Numbered from the stretch's first letter, positions 10,988 to 24,349 are shown. The stretch: DNA of 64,000 nucleotides from Octopus vulgaris (GCA_951406725.2 OX597821.1:91946001-92010000), one strand, 5' to 3'. Notes: generated by a model from the letters alone, not told the origin. A program made the numbers and translations.

Positions 10988-10997
10988 TATATATATA

Positions 10998-11390
10998 TGT
11001 GGCTGCGTGGTGAGTAGCTTGTTTACCAACCACATGGTTCCGGGTTCAGTCCCACTGCGTGGCATCTTAAGCAAGAGTCTTCTGCTATAGCCTCGGGCCA
11101 ACCAATGCTTTGTGAGTGGATTTGGTAGACGGAAACTGAAAGAAGCCTGTCGTATATATGTATATATATATATATGTATGTGTGTTTGTTTGTGTGTCTG
11201 TGTTTGTCCCCCTAGTATTGCTTCACAACCGATGCTGGTGTGTTTATGTCCCCGTTACTTAGCGGTTCGGCAAAAGAGACCGATAGAATAAGTACTGGGC
11301 TTACAAAAAGAATAAGTCCCGGGGTCGAGTTGCTCGATTAAAGGCGGTGCTCCAGCATGGCCGCAGTCAAATGACTGAAACAAGTAAAAG
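10998..11390 (+). mobile_element. SINE family B
   Basis: Matches the B consensus; first ~10 nt missing. Confidence 0.85.
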
Positions 11391-11402
11391 AAAAAAAAAG
11401 AA

Positions 11403-11469
<67 letters not shown>

Positions 11470-11973
11470 TGCATGTTGGCATCAGCAAAATGGTGGAAAA
11501 GTCTTTCATACCATGAAAGTATGTTATAATATATTTAGACATTTGGGTGGTGCTTTATTTTATAGCTCTTATTAGTGGGTATATAAATGATGCATTCTTC
11601 CAAACTGCTGGCTTCTATAATAGTGGACTGTTGTGTCGAAGACATCTTTATTGAATGTTAGGCTCGAGATTCTCCTACTGACACTCTTTACAAGTCTTTA
11701 GACACTATAGACGGATCAAAGGAGGCTGGGTTGATGTGCAGCAGCCTTTCGTTTGGTTTGTAGTCTAAAGCTGAAGTCAGAGGCAGGACACTCACGTGTG
11801 GGTTACAGTGAGTGTCCAGTGAACGGTCAAGTCAACACCGAAACCGAAGTCCAGGAAGCAGAAGTAGTGTTGTGTCCACTTATGCCAATGGAATAGCACA
11901 TAGACAAATGTGATGGAGAAATGGACTTTAAGCCCAGGTTGAGTAATCACAAATCTCCTTTTAGAATCTATAT

Positions 11974-12366
11974 TACTCTTTTACTCTTTTACTTGTTTTA
12001 CTGGAGCACCGCCTTTAGTCGAGCAAATCGACCCCGGGACTTATTCTTTGTAATCCCAGTACTTATTCTATCGGTCCCTTTTGCCGTACCGCTATGTGAC
12101 GGGGACGTAAATACACCAGGATCGGTTGTCAAGCAATGCTAGGGGGACAAACACAGACACACAAACACACACATACATACATATACATATATACATATAT
12201 ACGACAGGCTTCTTTCAGTTTCCGTCTACCAAATCCACTCACAAGGCATTGGTCGGCCCGGGACTATAGCAGAAGACAGTTGCCCAAGATGCCACGCAGT
12301 GGGACTGAACCCGGAACCATGTGGTTGGTTAGCAAGCTACTTACCACACAGCCACTCCTGCGCCTA
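11974..12366 (-). mobile_element. SINE family B
   Basis: Matches the B consensus with a short deletion near the tail. Confidence 0.85.
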
Positions 12367-12419
12367 TGGTGATTAAAATATAAAGTAACGCTATACAAAA
12401 TAAACTGGTAACTGCTAGA

Positions 12420-15092
12420 ATGTTCTGGGGCTATTCCAGACACATGCGGACTCGTTGTCCTGAGCGAAAAGCAGTCTGTCACAAATGCCAAAACATAGAG
12501 CATTTTGGAAAACTTTGTTGGAGCAGCGCAACAACAGTGACACATGAAGATGATAAATACGATCTACGATTAGCAGTATCAGTATCAACAGGTTCACCCT
12601 TCCGAGTAACCCCTTGGTTATACTGAACAATACTTACAAAGCCAAAGCGTTAATTGATAGCAATAGCACTGATAAGAATTTCATCAGTGAGAAGCTAGTG
12701 AACACTCTCAACATCAAGACGGTCAAATTGAAGAACATCGTTGCTATGGCTTCTGCATCCCTTTCTGCGGAATCCAAGGGATACTGCACTGTTTCACTAA
12801 CCCTGAATAATCAGAAGTACTATAATGCGAAACTGTACGTCCTCAGGAACTTGTGCACTGACCTAATTCTGGGTACTAATTTCCAAGAACAGCACGAAAG
12901 TATTACCATACAATACAAAGGGCAGAAACCACCATTAACATTTACTGCGCAAACAGCTATGAAAACTGATCCCTCAAAATTATTCGCACATCTCAGGAAG
13001 GACTGCAAGCCTATTGCAACCAAATCGCGAAAATACTCGGAACGTGATTGAGAGTTCATCAAGACAGAAATACGCCGCCCTGCAGGTGCGAAAATCATTG
13101 AACCCAGTAACTTACCTTGGAGATCGCAAGTGCTAGTTTTTCAAGAAGAAAAAAAAGCAAAGAATGGTGATTGACTATTCAGAGACAATTAACAAATATA
13201 CACAGCTTGACGCCTAGCATCTTCCTAAAATAAATTAGTTAGTAAACACTATAGACTTACGTTCAGCATACCATCAGATTCCTTTATCAGATGAAGATCG
13301 TCGATTCACTGCCTCTGAAGCTGACGGTAAATTATGGCATTATACTAGGATGCCATTCGGAGTAAGTAACGGCAGTGCATGTTTCCAGCATATAATGGAT
13401 GACTTTGAGAGTAAATACAAGCTGCGAGATACGTTCACATTCATAGACAATCTAACAATATGTGGGAACGATCAAAATGACCACGATAAGAACTTAGAAA
13501 AATTTGAAATAGCAACAAAAAGTGAGGGGTTCACCATGGATGAAGAGAAATGCGTTTGCTCAACAACACCTCTTGACTTTCTTGGACACCGTATCTCGCA
13601 CAATACCCTCACTCCTGACTCAGAAAGGCTTGTTCCACTCCTCATTCTTCCTACACCAACCGACCAGGAATCCTTAAAATGAATAGTCGGTATGCTTTCT
13701 TATTATGCTAAGTGGATTTCCAAATTTTCTGACAAAATATATCCTCTCAATACGTATCGAAATTTCCTCTAAACAGCCAACAAGTAAAAGCATTTGAGTC
13801 ATTGAAGATAGAACTAATTAATGCTGCCATTCAAATAGTAGACGAGAACATTCCATTTACTATTGAGACGGATACTTCGGATTTTGCCATATCTGCGACA
13901 CTAAATCAAGATGGAAGACCTGTCGCATTCCATACTCGCATGCTACAAGGTAGCGAACAGTATCACTCCTCTGTTGAAAAAGAAGCTCATGCAATTATCG
14001 AATTAATTCATCATTGGAGACACTTTCTTCTAGGTAGAGAGTTCACATTAATTAATGATCAACGTTCAGTTACATTCATGTATAATTATAGAGACGAGTA
14101 AAATGTAAAATGATAAAATTATGAGATGGCGCATTGCGTCATCTCCATACTCATATGATATTCACTATCACCCAGGAGCCAGCTACATCACTCCAGATGC
14201 ATTCACTAGGGTACGTTGTTCAGCAATCAGTTCACATTCACTTTATGAGTTCCATGCGGCACTGTGCCATCTTGATGTAATACGCTTTCATCATTTCGTC
14301 TGCAGTAGAAATCTTCCATATTCGTTAGAGAACGTGAAACAAATATGTAGGAATTGCTCTATATGTTAAGAAGTGAAGCCAGAATATTATAAACAAAACT
14401 TAGTTGACTTAATTAAGGCCACGCAGCCATTCAGCCATTTGAGCGAATTTCAATCGATTTTAAAGGCCTGGTTGCTTCCACGAAGCATCCTTATCTTCTA
14501 ACAATCGTTGATGAATACTCTCGGCTTCCATTTGGTCATCCAGCATCAGATACATCAGCTCAGACTGTAATAAAATATTTTACAGATTTGTTTTCAGTTT
14601 TCGGTATCCCTAAGTTACGTACATTCCGATCATGGAACTGCCTTTATGTCTACAAAATTGAGAGAATGGCTCCTTAGTAAGGGAAATGCAACAAGCAGGG
14701 CACCACCGTACAATCCCACCGGGAACAGTCCAGTAGAAAGATATAATGGTATTATTTGGAAATCAGTACTACTCTCTTTGAAAACTCATGCCCTTCCAGT
14801 ATATTTATTGGAAACATTTCTTCCAGACTCGCTGCCTTCAATTGGATCTCTTGTTTGGACGTCCACCAGCGCCATTCTTCATGAACGTCTCTTTAACTAT
14901 CAAAGACGTTCAGAAACAGGAACATCTATGCCAACATGGCTTCTCAACCCAGGACCTGTGCTTGTGCGAAAGAACAATCGCACTAGCAAGTATGACCCTA
15001 TCGTTGACCAAGTTGATTTGATCGTAGCCAACCCCCAATACGCCCAGGTTCATTACCTAGACGGTCGCGAAACCACAGTATCTACGAAATAA
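12420..15092 (+). pseudogene. pol: Gypsy gag-pol pseudogene with many stops and frameshifts
   Basis: CHKCQNIEHFGKLC (CCHC); ALIDSNST (protease DSG degenerate); RMVIDYS, DLRSAYHQIP, RMPFGVSNG, FIDN (RT); ETDTSDFA, SSVEKEA (RNase H); HAALCH..CRNC, ISIDFKG, HSDHG, GNSPVERYNG (integrase). Confidence 0.9.
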
Positions 15093-15276
15093 TTGACATC
15101 ACCAAGAAAAATTAACCCTACTGATGACTGAACCCAGAAATTTGTGGTCCCTCGTGAGTCAGACAGAGATCTAACTGAATCCCTCAATTGCGTCGATCTC
15201 AAAGAATTCGGAAAGCCTCGGAAAGGCTTGATCTATAAAAATTGTTTTAATGTTTTAAATTTTTTGAGGGAGTGAT

Positions 15277-15424
15277 TGTTATGCAAGTTAATGTTATGCA
15301 AATTGTGCTGTGAATAGAGTGACTTCCCTTGATATAAAGGGCATGCGCATTTGATGATCATAGGGACAGCGGCCATTTTGAATAACATACGTTGAATCGA
15401 GAATATCGTAGATAACACTATAAG
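15277..15424 (+). repeat. Probable 3' LTR of the Gypsy element
   Basis: Starts TGT after the PPT; contains TATAAA; end TAACACTATA resembles TAACGCTATACA at ~12387-12398 just before the internal region. Confidence 0.5.
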
Positions 15425-15496
15425 ACGCTTTACTGTTGTGAACTATGTCTGGAAATTAGTTTCTTTGAATCAGGAACTACTGGTGATACGCACGCG

Positions 15497-15762
15497 CGTG
15501 TGTGTGTGTATTTATATGTCAATATATGCATATACATATATATATTAGTGTGTATATATATATATGTATATATACATTTGAATATATATATGTATATATA
15601 TGTAATTATATATATATGTGTGTATATATATGTATATGTGTGTGTGAATGTATACATATACATACATACATACATACATACATACATACATACATACATA
15701 CATACATACATACATACATACATACATACGTACGTACGTACGTATGTGTGTGTGTGTGTGTA
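15497..15762. repeat. Compound (TG)/(TA)/(TACA)n microsatellite
   Basis: Directly visible. Confidence 0.95.
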
Positions 15763-17014
15763 TATTTGCCACATGGAATGTAAACATGATTACATATTCT
15801 AACCACTGTTTCATTAACTCTGAAGTACAAAATTCCATTGATGTTTGCACTTGAGTGAGAAGATAATTAAACAAAGAATTAGCTAAATATTTAACCATGT
15901 TTACCTAACATATTTAAGATGTATCAGCCCTATGCACCTCTGAAATACGACTGTATTGGGTACTTTTATGTCTTGGCGCAACAAAATGAATAAAAACCAA
16001 TTGTTTGTGCATGTGTGTTACTTTGAATGTATCTCCATTTCGAGATTTAACTTTTCATTGTGGTTTCTTCTACATGTTTTCTATAATTTCCTTGAACAAG
16101 CAACAATGAACAATGTATTGCTTTGACAATAAGACATACATCAAGCTGAAAAGTTGAACAAAAATTTACAACAGTTCTGAGTTTCTGCTTGCCAGTGATC
16201 TTCATGTAACATCTCGTGTTAACTTTACAGAGAGAGAAACTTGAATCACTAAGTAACAACATTGAAGTTTAAACTTCAGACAGACGACTTTGGTGCATGG
16301 TATTGATTATACACTGTAGCAACTGAAGTATGGTGTAGATCAAAATACAGTGGATTAAGTTCACCAGCTGACTAGTTTATATAAATTTAATAATTGTTCA
16401 TTTTAGAAATACAGACAGGGAGTATGTATGCTGCTGATTTCATTATAGTAAAATTCAGTTTGTAATCTATGAGAGAAAATGGATGAAATATTCCAAAATA
16501 TGCTGCTGAGATTCTTTAAATGGATTTTAACAAATCACATGACACAGGATATTTCATTTAGTGATGCAGAAATACAGATATTTTGGTTTACTGAACGTAT
16601 TGAGCTTGTAAGAGAAAGTGGTGCTTCATAGGTAAAATAACGTGAGGTTAAAAGTGAATAAACGAAACTAAATTGCCAAGACTAAAATATTATTAAAAAT
16701 TACAAGGTTTGGCTAACCCTAATCAGTTTCGTTCACAGACGCATAATAAAATTTTAAAAGGCTTATTGTATTTTACCAACATATTGCATTTTCATTGCTT
16801 AAATAAGTCGGGTTTCATTTCCTTCTAATCTGAAACTACATTTAACACTCTGGAATCCTGTTTTGCAGTATTTGTTCATTTCATTGCAATATTCCATGCT
16901 AGCATAGTTCGACAAATCCATATGACTGAGTTTTCGATTTTAGGTTGCTGCTTTTACGCAAGACAAAGAATGTACCTATATATATATATATATATATATA
17001 TAAATATATATATA

Positions 17015-17223
17015 AAACGGGAAGCTTTATGAAAATAAACAAAAGACGAAGGCAGGTGGAATATAAACAAACAATTGTATTAGTATGGCGCTCAGGAATA
17101 TAAATAAAACAAGTCTTTTACGTTTCGAGCCTACGCTCTTCAACAGAAAGATATACAGAAAAGAAACACAGAAAGAAACAAGGAGAGAAAAAAATGCGTG
17201 CAGAAGCTAGCGAATCAACATGG

Positions 17224-17225
<2 letters not shown>
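17015..17225 (-). mobile_element. Short (TA)n-flanked PLE-type terminal repeat fragment with a hammerhead-like motif (17114-17151)
   Basis: Minus: UCUUU-CUGUUGA-A-GAGC-guag-GCUC-GAAA-CG-UA-AAAGA; homologous to 61149-61358. Confidence 0.6.
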
Positions 17226-17295
<70 letters not shown>

Positions 17296-18285
17296 GTATA
17301 TGCGTACAGCACGTCACCAACAGTAAACAGCATGAAATACGGAAACAAATGAGTTTAATACGCAAATAACGAGAGAAAAAAAATGGAGAACAAGACAAGT
17401 AATACAAAGAACGACCCTTCATCAGTTTTCGGCTATCTACTCCCCATTTTGAGCAACCGTGCCTTCTGCAACCCACAAATCGTGTTCAGAATCCTGGTGA
17501 AGGATGTCAGTAAGAGGATCTCGATTTTGTCCTCCAGCCAAGACATTTTCGATGTGACATCCCTCTACTTTAAACAAAGCCCTAGCTGCCAGCGGGTTAA
17601 GTAGGGACCCCACCTCCTACATACCGGGCCCTAACAACCGTAGAAGGAAGCGTCGCCGAAATATTATCTGGTTTGCCACCTCTTCTCCCTCAACGTAAAA
17701 ACGCGTATAGGTAGGATATGCCTAAAGCTGATAGATAAGCACTTTACACATTCAAGTAGGTTAGGATGTATATTCATCAGACAAACTAATAGTCTCTTTT
17801 GGCAGCGCCCCAAATATTAAGGGTGTTTTAGTTAACACCCCTTGGCCACGAGCGGAGGTAGGATTACCCTAATAGTAGCAGAAGCGTTTCTAACAACTAC
17901 AGCAGTAGCAGGAATGGCAGCAACTTTAGCAAAAATAGCAGCAGCACCATCACGAGTGAAAATGCTAATAAGGATAACAACAGCAACCACCAGTATAGCA
18001 CCGATGACAGCTCCAACTACAACAACAACGATGACTATAGCAGCATCAACACTCACGAAAAACGACAGCAATAACGACGCCAGCAACAACAGCAAAAGAA
18101 GAAGTAGCGTCAACATCAGCAGAAGCAGCAACGCTAACAGCAGCATGCGAAAATACATCGGATGTTCTAGAAACACCATCAAGCAGCACCTTTCCAACCA
18201 CAAATCCTCGTTTAGGATCCTGAAGAAACGTTATGCCACGTCCTTGGCCATCTACGTGTGGAACCTGAGGGACAACGGTACTTCA

Positions 18286-18519
18286 GGCGGCGAGCTGGCA
18301 GAAACGTTAGCACGCCGGGCGATATGCTTTCCTACATTTCGCCCGTTGCCCTTATGTTCCGAGTTCAAATTCCGCCGAGGTCGACTTTTCCTTTCATCCT
18401 TTCGGGGTCGATAAATTAAGTACCAGTTACGCACTGGGGTCGATATAATCGACTTAATCCGTTTGTGTGTCCTTGTTTGTCCTCTCTGTGTTTAGCCCCT
18501 TGTGGGTAGTGAAGAAATA
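18286..18519 (+). mobile_element. SINE family A inserted in the PLE endonuclease region
   Basis: 9-bp TSD GGTACTTCA at 18277-18285 and 18520-18528. Confidence 0.9.
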
Positions 18520-18869
18520 GGTACTTCACATGTAATCACATGGAAAACTTGGAAAAACCAGGTCCCCACATAAATGGGAGCAAACGTTGCAAGCTGTGCA
18601 TAGTAGAAAGGACGAGAATATTAAAGAACTCCCTCGATCACGGGAACATCTTAAATTCCAAGAGGGAAGTCTTTGGGCATTCCTTAAACTTCAGGCGATT
18701 CCTACTGAAATCCTAGGAACCGCGAGCTGACCAGGTGGATTCTGATAGCAGTCTAATGGAGACAATCCCCTGCACTTCACCTTTCTCCTTTGTGCGTTCA
18801 ATAACTAGCCACGAAGCCTTTTCTCCCCCCCCCCACCGTTTTGAAGAGAGGTTATAGGCCACCAGCCAT

Positions 18870-18932
18870 TAGAGTCTGATGAGACGTTGTAAAGCTAAGT
18901 GCTATATGGACTCGAAATACTGGTTTACTCTA
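18870..18932 (+). ncRNA. Degenerate hammerhead ribozyme motif in the PLE pseudo-LTR
   Basis: UAGAGU-CUGAUGA-G..(31 nt)..C-GAAA-uacugguuu-ACUCUA. 6-bp stem I and intact core; stems II and III disrupted. Confidence 0.55.
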
Positions 18933-19065
18933 TAAACCGGCTATAACTATCTTTATCTAAATATATATCTATATCTTGCTTATCCTTACATTTACTACTC
19001 TATCTGCTCAAGTTTAAACCTCTTGAGCACTACGAATTGTATTCTATACAGAGAATATCTGCCTC

Positions 19066-19278
<213 letters not shown>

Positions 19279-19282
<4 letters not shown>

Positions 19283-19473
19283 ATCCAAACAAGAAAACAC
19301 AAAAAAACACAACAACGCGAGGACGTGGAACAAATATAGTATTATTGGACGCTCAGGGAAGAAGGAGGATTTAACGTTTTGAGCGGAGCTCTTCGTCGGA
19401 AACATAGGAGAAGGAAAGATCCAGAGAAAGGAAGACAGGAAAAAAATCGCCAACGGTACACACGAGGTCACAT
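19279..19473 (-). mobile_element. Short (TA)n-flanked PLE-type fragment with a degenerate hammerhead-like motif (19369-19403)
   Basis: Minus: GUUU-CCGACGA-A-GAGC-ucc-GCUC-AAAA-CG-UU-AAAU; layout parallels 17015-17225. Confidence 0.55.
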
Positions 19474-19493
19474 TTTGTATATATATATATACA

Positions 19494-19591
19494 CGAGGGG
19501 TGCTGAAAAGTTCCTGCCTTTAAGGGTATCATGAAAGACCTGATTGGAAGCCCAACCTTCCAAGTTCTTTTACAAGACTTAGAAAAGCTGA
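19494..19591 (+). mobile_element. Mariner-derived MITE, left half
   Basis: CGAGGGGTGCTGAAAAGTTCCTG.CTTTAAGGGTATCATGAAAG, as at 37148 and 48047. Confidence 0.7.
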
Positions 19592-20462
19592 AGTTAATGT
19601 CTGTTCTCCAGGCTGGCATGAGCTGGAGTTGGACAAGCACTTTGCTTTGGCATAGTTTCTATAATTGGATGCCCTTACTAATGCCAACTCTTGACTGAGT
19701 GAACTGTGTGCTTTTTACGTGGTACTAACACGGGTGGGGTTTCCAATTAATTCACTAGACACGACCCCTCAGGTGATGAGATCATAGTACTATTGGAGTG
19801 GGTGGCTTTATGCTAGGTAATGATAGGTGTGATAGGGATACTGGAACATGTGTCTTGCTGTAGAATAGATACATGTTTACTCATGTGGGAAGAAAAGGGG
19901 GATGATGGTGAAGATGTGTCGTAGTGTATCATCAAGTTACTAGAAAGGGAATATGGAAAAGTGGTGTGGATGATTAATAAGTTGGTGAGAGTGTGTGACG
20001 TGGGTGGCAGATCGATGCCGAAAGATGCAGTGAGTGGTGAACACTGGTAGTGGCATTGTCAGTCATGAATATCTATTGGAGTGGAGGGTGGAGGTAATAC
20101 GTATGTGTCAGGAAGGTGGCAGCAAAGATGATGTGAAATTAGTAGACCTGGTGTGTGAGAGAGAGAGGCACGATGCTGAGTGAGAAACCAGAGGCACAAA
20201 AGGGTAGAAACTTTGGAATATAAGTAAAGGTAATGAAGGTGGGAGCTACATACACAGATGTGTGTGTGTGTGTGTGTGTGTCGATGTGTGTGTGAGGTGT
20301 ATGAATGTATGTTTATGTTCAATGAGCTTCCATACAGTTTCCATCGAACAATTCAACTCAGGAGAGATTTGTCAACCCAAGGCTACAGTAGAGGTTACCC
20401 AAATTATCTCACTGTGACAATTGAGATCCTAAAGCCAAGATGCCACATAGAAAGCACTGGTA

Positions 20463-20685
20463 TGGCGATCTGGCAGAAACGTTAGCACGCCGGGCGAAAT
20501 GCTTAGCGGTATTTCGTCTGCGTTACGTTGTGAGTTCAAATTCCGCCAAGGTCGACTTTGCCTTTCATCCTTTCGGGTTCGATAAATCAAGTACCAGTTA
20601 CGCACTGGGGTCGATGTAATCGACTTTATACCTATGTCTTGTTTGTCCCCTCTTGTTTAGCCCCTTGTGAGTAATAAAGAAATAG
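20463..20685 (+). mobile_element. SINE family A
   Basis: Matches A; GGTAT on both sides. Confidence 0.85.
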
Positions 20686-20689
20686 GTAT

Positions 20690-20925
20690 GTGTGCTGGTG
20701 CCACATAAACAGCACTGGTGCAAGTGCTGCTTAAAAAGCATTTATATTGATGCCACATAACAAGCACCCAGTACACTCTGAGAAATGGTTGATGTTAGGA
20801 TACAGCAGTAGAAATCAAGTACAAACGGACTACAGAACTTGCTGTGGCCCCTGGCCTTACCAGTTCCTGTCAAGCTATCCAATCCTTCCCAGCATATAAA
20901 ACAGACCCTAAAGGATGTTGATGAT
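20690..20925 (+). mobile_element. Decayed family D (RTE-type 3' end)
   Basis: TGGTGCCACATAAA..GCAC repeats, GGTTGATGTTAGGA, ends GATGTTGATGATG. Confidence 0.5.
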
Positions 20926-22265
20926 GAAAGGTAGATAAAAATGTATTGTTTGATCAGAGTTCAAGCCATGGGCATTTTATATTTAAACAATCTTTAATTG
21001 TCACTGTGATATCCACATCTTAAAAAGAGACTGGATTATGTTTACAGAAATATTTAGCAACCATGTCAACGAACCAGGTGACAACTATGTGGAAATATGC
21101 TCATGATATATGAGATATTCTTGTTTCTGATGTAAATGTTTATAGCTTAAATAAATGTTAGCTTTTAGCCTGAAGGAAGAAACAATGTTGTAGATGATAG
21201 GCCTTTATTGACTGGAGAATCGAGATAACTTAATTAAATTAATTTGATTACTGTTTGGACATACTGCATTGTTAGGGATTTAGCAGAAAACATGTGCGAG
21301 AATGGAATTCCTGAATGTTCTAACGTCAGAAGAGAGTGATTTGGGTAGAGTTTATCACAGCATTCACATACAGATCAGGTAGATACAATTTATTAATGGC
21401 TTCTAGATAAATATATCTTAGAAATGTTGAATGTAAAAATACAGTGGTCAAACAATGAAAGAGTGATAAATACACCTTATGGACATTGACAGAGTAAACA
21501 AAAGCAACACAGCATGTACAATTCACATGTTGACTTGACTCATAATATTCTAATAAGTTAATAGCATATACATGTTGCATTATAACATGCATGTAAGCTA
21601 TTAGAATTTGGTTATATATTTTTTTTTGTTTATAACATACACATGATATACTATAATATATACTTCTTAACTAAACTGAATATTTTCTATATTATATTAT
21701 AGCATGTATATGTTAATCAAGAAAAATACAGCCTGTTAATATTAACGAGCATGAAATATTATGTTGGTAATTAGATAAATATGAGTTATCCTTATTGATT
21801 ATCAAACCAATTCTGGTTCTAAGTTACAAAAAGCAAACCATTTTAAAATGTTTATTTTTTTTTTTTAACCTGCAAATATATATTGTAATTTTATGTAAGA
21901 GCATTTTGGTAATTCATGTTCCAAACACTAGCTTAATTACAACAAAGTTATTTTATTTTACTAAATCCTTCCAAATTCTTGATTATTTTCAAAAATGATT
22001 TGGAAACTAATTTGAAAATACATTTATCAAAAATAAGACTAAAGATATTTTCTAATTTCCTAGACAGATATTTAAATAAATACATACATTCAAACATATA
22101 TTCATATAGATATATTTATGTGTGTGTTAGTGCATGTAAATATATGTATATATCTGTATATGTACACACACACACACATATATAATATATATATACTATA
22201 TTATAAACAATGTATATAAGTATAATAAATACATACACATACACACACACACACACAGATATATA

Positions 22266-22420
22266 TAGGCACAGGTGTGGCTGTGTGATAAGAATCTTGC
22301 TTCTGCATAGTTTCAGGTTCAGTCCCACTGCATGGCATCTTGGGCAAGTGTTTTCTACTATAGCCTCAGGCCAACCAAAGCTTTGTGAGTGGATTTGGTT
22401 GATGGAAACTCCGTTGCGCA
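22266..22420 (+). mobile_element. SINE family B, 5' half
   Basis: AGGCACAGGTGTGGCTGTGTG..CTTGGGCAAGTG. Confidence 0.75.
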
Positions 22421-22449
22421 TATATATATATATATATATATCTTATATA

Positions 22450-22720
22450 TCATCATCATCATCATCATTATTGTCATCATTGAACATCGGTTATCCATGC
22501 TGGCATGGGTTAGACAGTTTGACCAGAGTTGTCAAGCTGGGGAGCTGCACCAGACTTCAGTCTGATTTGGCAGGGTTTCTACAGCTGGATGCCCTTCCTT
22601 ATGCCAACCACTTTAGAGAGAGTGCTAGGTACTTTTACACAGCATTGCACAGGCACTTTTACATTGCACCACATAGGCACTCTTATGTAGCACCACACGG
22701 GCACTTTTACATGGCACTGC
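22450..22720 (-). mobile_element. Family D (RTE-type 3' end, (TGA)n tail)
   Basis: (CAT)n..CCATGCTGGCATGGGTT..TTTCTACAGCTGGATGCCCTTCCT; internal ~24-bp repeats. Confidence 0.7.
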
Positions 22721-22844
22721 ACAGAGGATTTTACAGGGAAGGTATCCAGCCACAGAAAACATGACTCAGCAAGCATGGAAAACTGGACGTGAAAATGAAA
22801 GTGGTGGTGGTGGTGGTGGTGGTGGTGTAGGTTGTGGTAGTGGA

Positions 22845-23062
22845 AGGCGGTGAGCTGGCAGAAATGTTAGCACGCCGGGCGAAATGCTTAGCGGTATTTC
22901 GTCTGCCATTACGTTCTGAGTTCAAATTCTGCCGAGGTCGGCTGTGCCTTTCATTCTTTCGGGGTCGATAAATTAAATACCAGTTACACACTGGGGTTGA
23001 TGTAATCGACTAAATCCTTATGTCTGTCCTTGTTTGTCCCCTCTGTGTTTAGCCCCTTGTGG
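22845..23062 (+). mobile_element. SINE family A, tail interrupted by SINE B
   Basis: Matches the A consensus. Confidence 0.85.
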
Positions 23063-23063
23063 T

Positions 23064-23225
23064 TAGGCGCAGGAGTGGGTGTGTGGTAAGTAGCTTGCTT
23101 ACCAACCACATGGTTCCGGGTTCAGTCCCACTGCGTGGCATCTTGGGCAAGTGTCTTCTGCTATAGACCCGGGCCGACCAATTCCTTGAGAGTGGATTTG
23201 GTAGACGGAAACTGAAAGAAGCCCG

Positions 23226-23285
<60 letters not shown>

Positions 23286-23432
23286 CTGTGTTTGTCCTCC
23301 TAGCATTACTTGACAACTGATGCTGGTGTGTTTACGTCCCCGTCACTTAGCGGTTCGGCAAAAGAGACCGATAGAATAAGTACTGGGCTTACAAAGAATA
23401 AGTCCCAGGGTCGATTTGCTCGACTAAAGTAA
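23064..23432 (+). mobile_element. SINE family B
   Basis: Matches B; tail partly deleted. Confidence 0.85.
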
Positions 23433-23446
23433 AAAAGTAAAAAAAA

Positions 23447-23498
<52 letters not shown>

Positions 23499-24049
23499 AC
23501 TCTTGCTTGTGTTGTGGTAGTGGTGGTGATGATGACGACGACGACGACGATGATGATGAGCAGGAGGAGGGGGAAGGGAGAGGAGGGGGAGAGAGAATAT
23601 GGAAACAAATACAGAAAGTTGTGACATCATCTGCAGGATTCAAGAACATAGCTGCGTAAACCATAAACATATTTACAAAAAAAAAAACAGAGAACAAGTT
23701 TCCTCTCAAATTTTATTTTCAAAGCATGACTGTTCAATTTTGATTTTTTAGATTAAGGATTCGGCATATTTCTTTCCTAGTTTCTTATGCTTGGTTTTCA
23801 AATTAAACTGCTGCGGTAGCATTTAGTCGGTGCGTAAATTGCAGCAATTCACAAAGGGATTCGGCAGTAATTTTAAATCAGATATCAAAATTCCCGGTGC
23901 TGAATTTTAAAATTGAATAACAGTCTATAAAATAAAGCCTGGTTGATTTCATAATATTATGTTATATTTTACATGTGATGCATCAGTTTTTTTTTTTTAA
24001 TTTAGATTTGCTGTTTCTGTTAGAAGAGTTTCTGTAGTTATTCTTGTCA

Positions 24050-24230
24050 TAAACATATGCATATATACACACGCACACTCATATACTCATATATATATGC
24101 ACACATACATATACTATATATATATACATACATACATATATATATACATATACATATATATACATATATATACATATAATATATATATATATATACACAT
24201 GTAATATATATATATATATCATATATATAT

Positions 24231-24265
<35 letters not shown>

Positions 24266-24287
24266 GTATATATATATATATACAAAC

Positions 24288-24349
<62 letters not shown>

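Larger units (their letters stand above)
12370..15424 (+). mobile_element. Decayed Ty3/Gypsy LTR retrotransposon (gag largely deleted, 5' LTR only a remnant)
   Basis: Domain order Zn knuckle-PR-RT-RNaseH-INT; polypurine tract-like GAGGGAGTGA at ~15266 followed by TGTTATG (3' LTR start). Confidence 0.9.
17460..19065 (+). mobile_element. 5'-truncated Penelope-like element (RT thumb, linker, GIY-YIG C-part, pseudo-LTR)
   Basis: KRISILSSSQDIF; RKRRRNIIWF..FSLNVKTRIGRICLKLIDKHF; KYIGCSRNTIKQHLSNHKSSF..TSLAIYVWNL; GSKRCKLCIVER..ILNSKREVFGH..RFLLKS* (stop ~18715); hammerhead-like motif downstream. Confidence 0.85.

Noticed and set aside
15481-15490. Primer-binding site or TSD (TGGTGAT, also at 12367)
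   Set aside because: Wrong position for a PBS, longer than Gypsy TSDs, and outside the inferred LTR end; probably chance.
17400-17460. Hammerhead at CUGAUGA (17419-17425, minus)
   Set aside because: No downstream stem II/GAAA could be paired; kept only as a probable PLE terminal fragment.
17832-18203. Hydrophobic 123-aa membrane-protein-like ORF
   Set aside because: Antisense reading of the CAG/CAA-rich tract inside the PLE.
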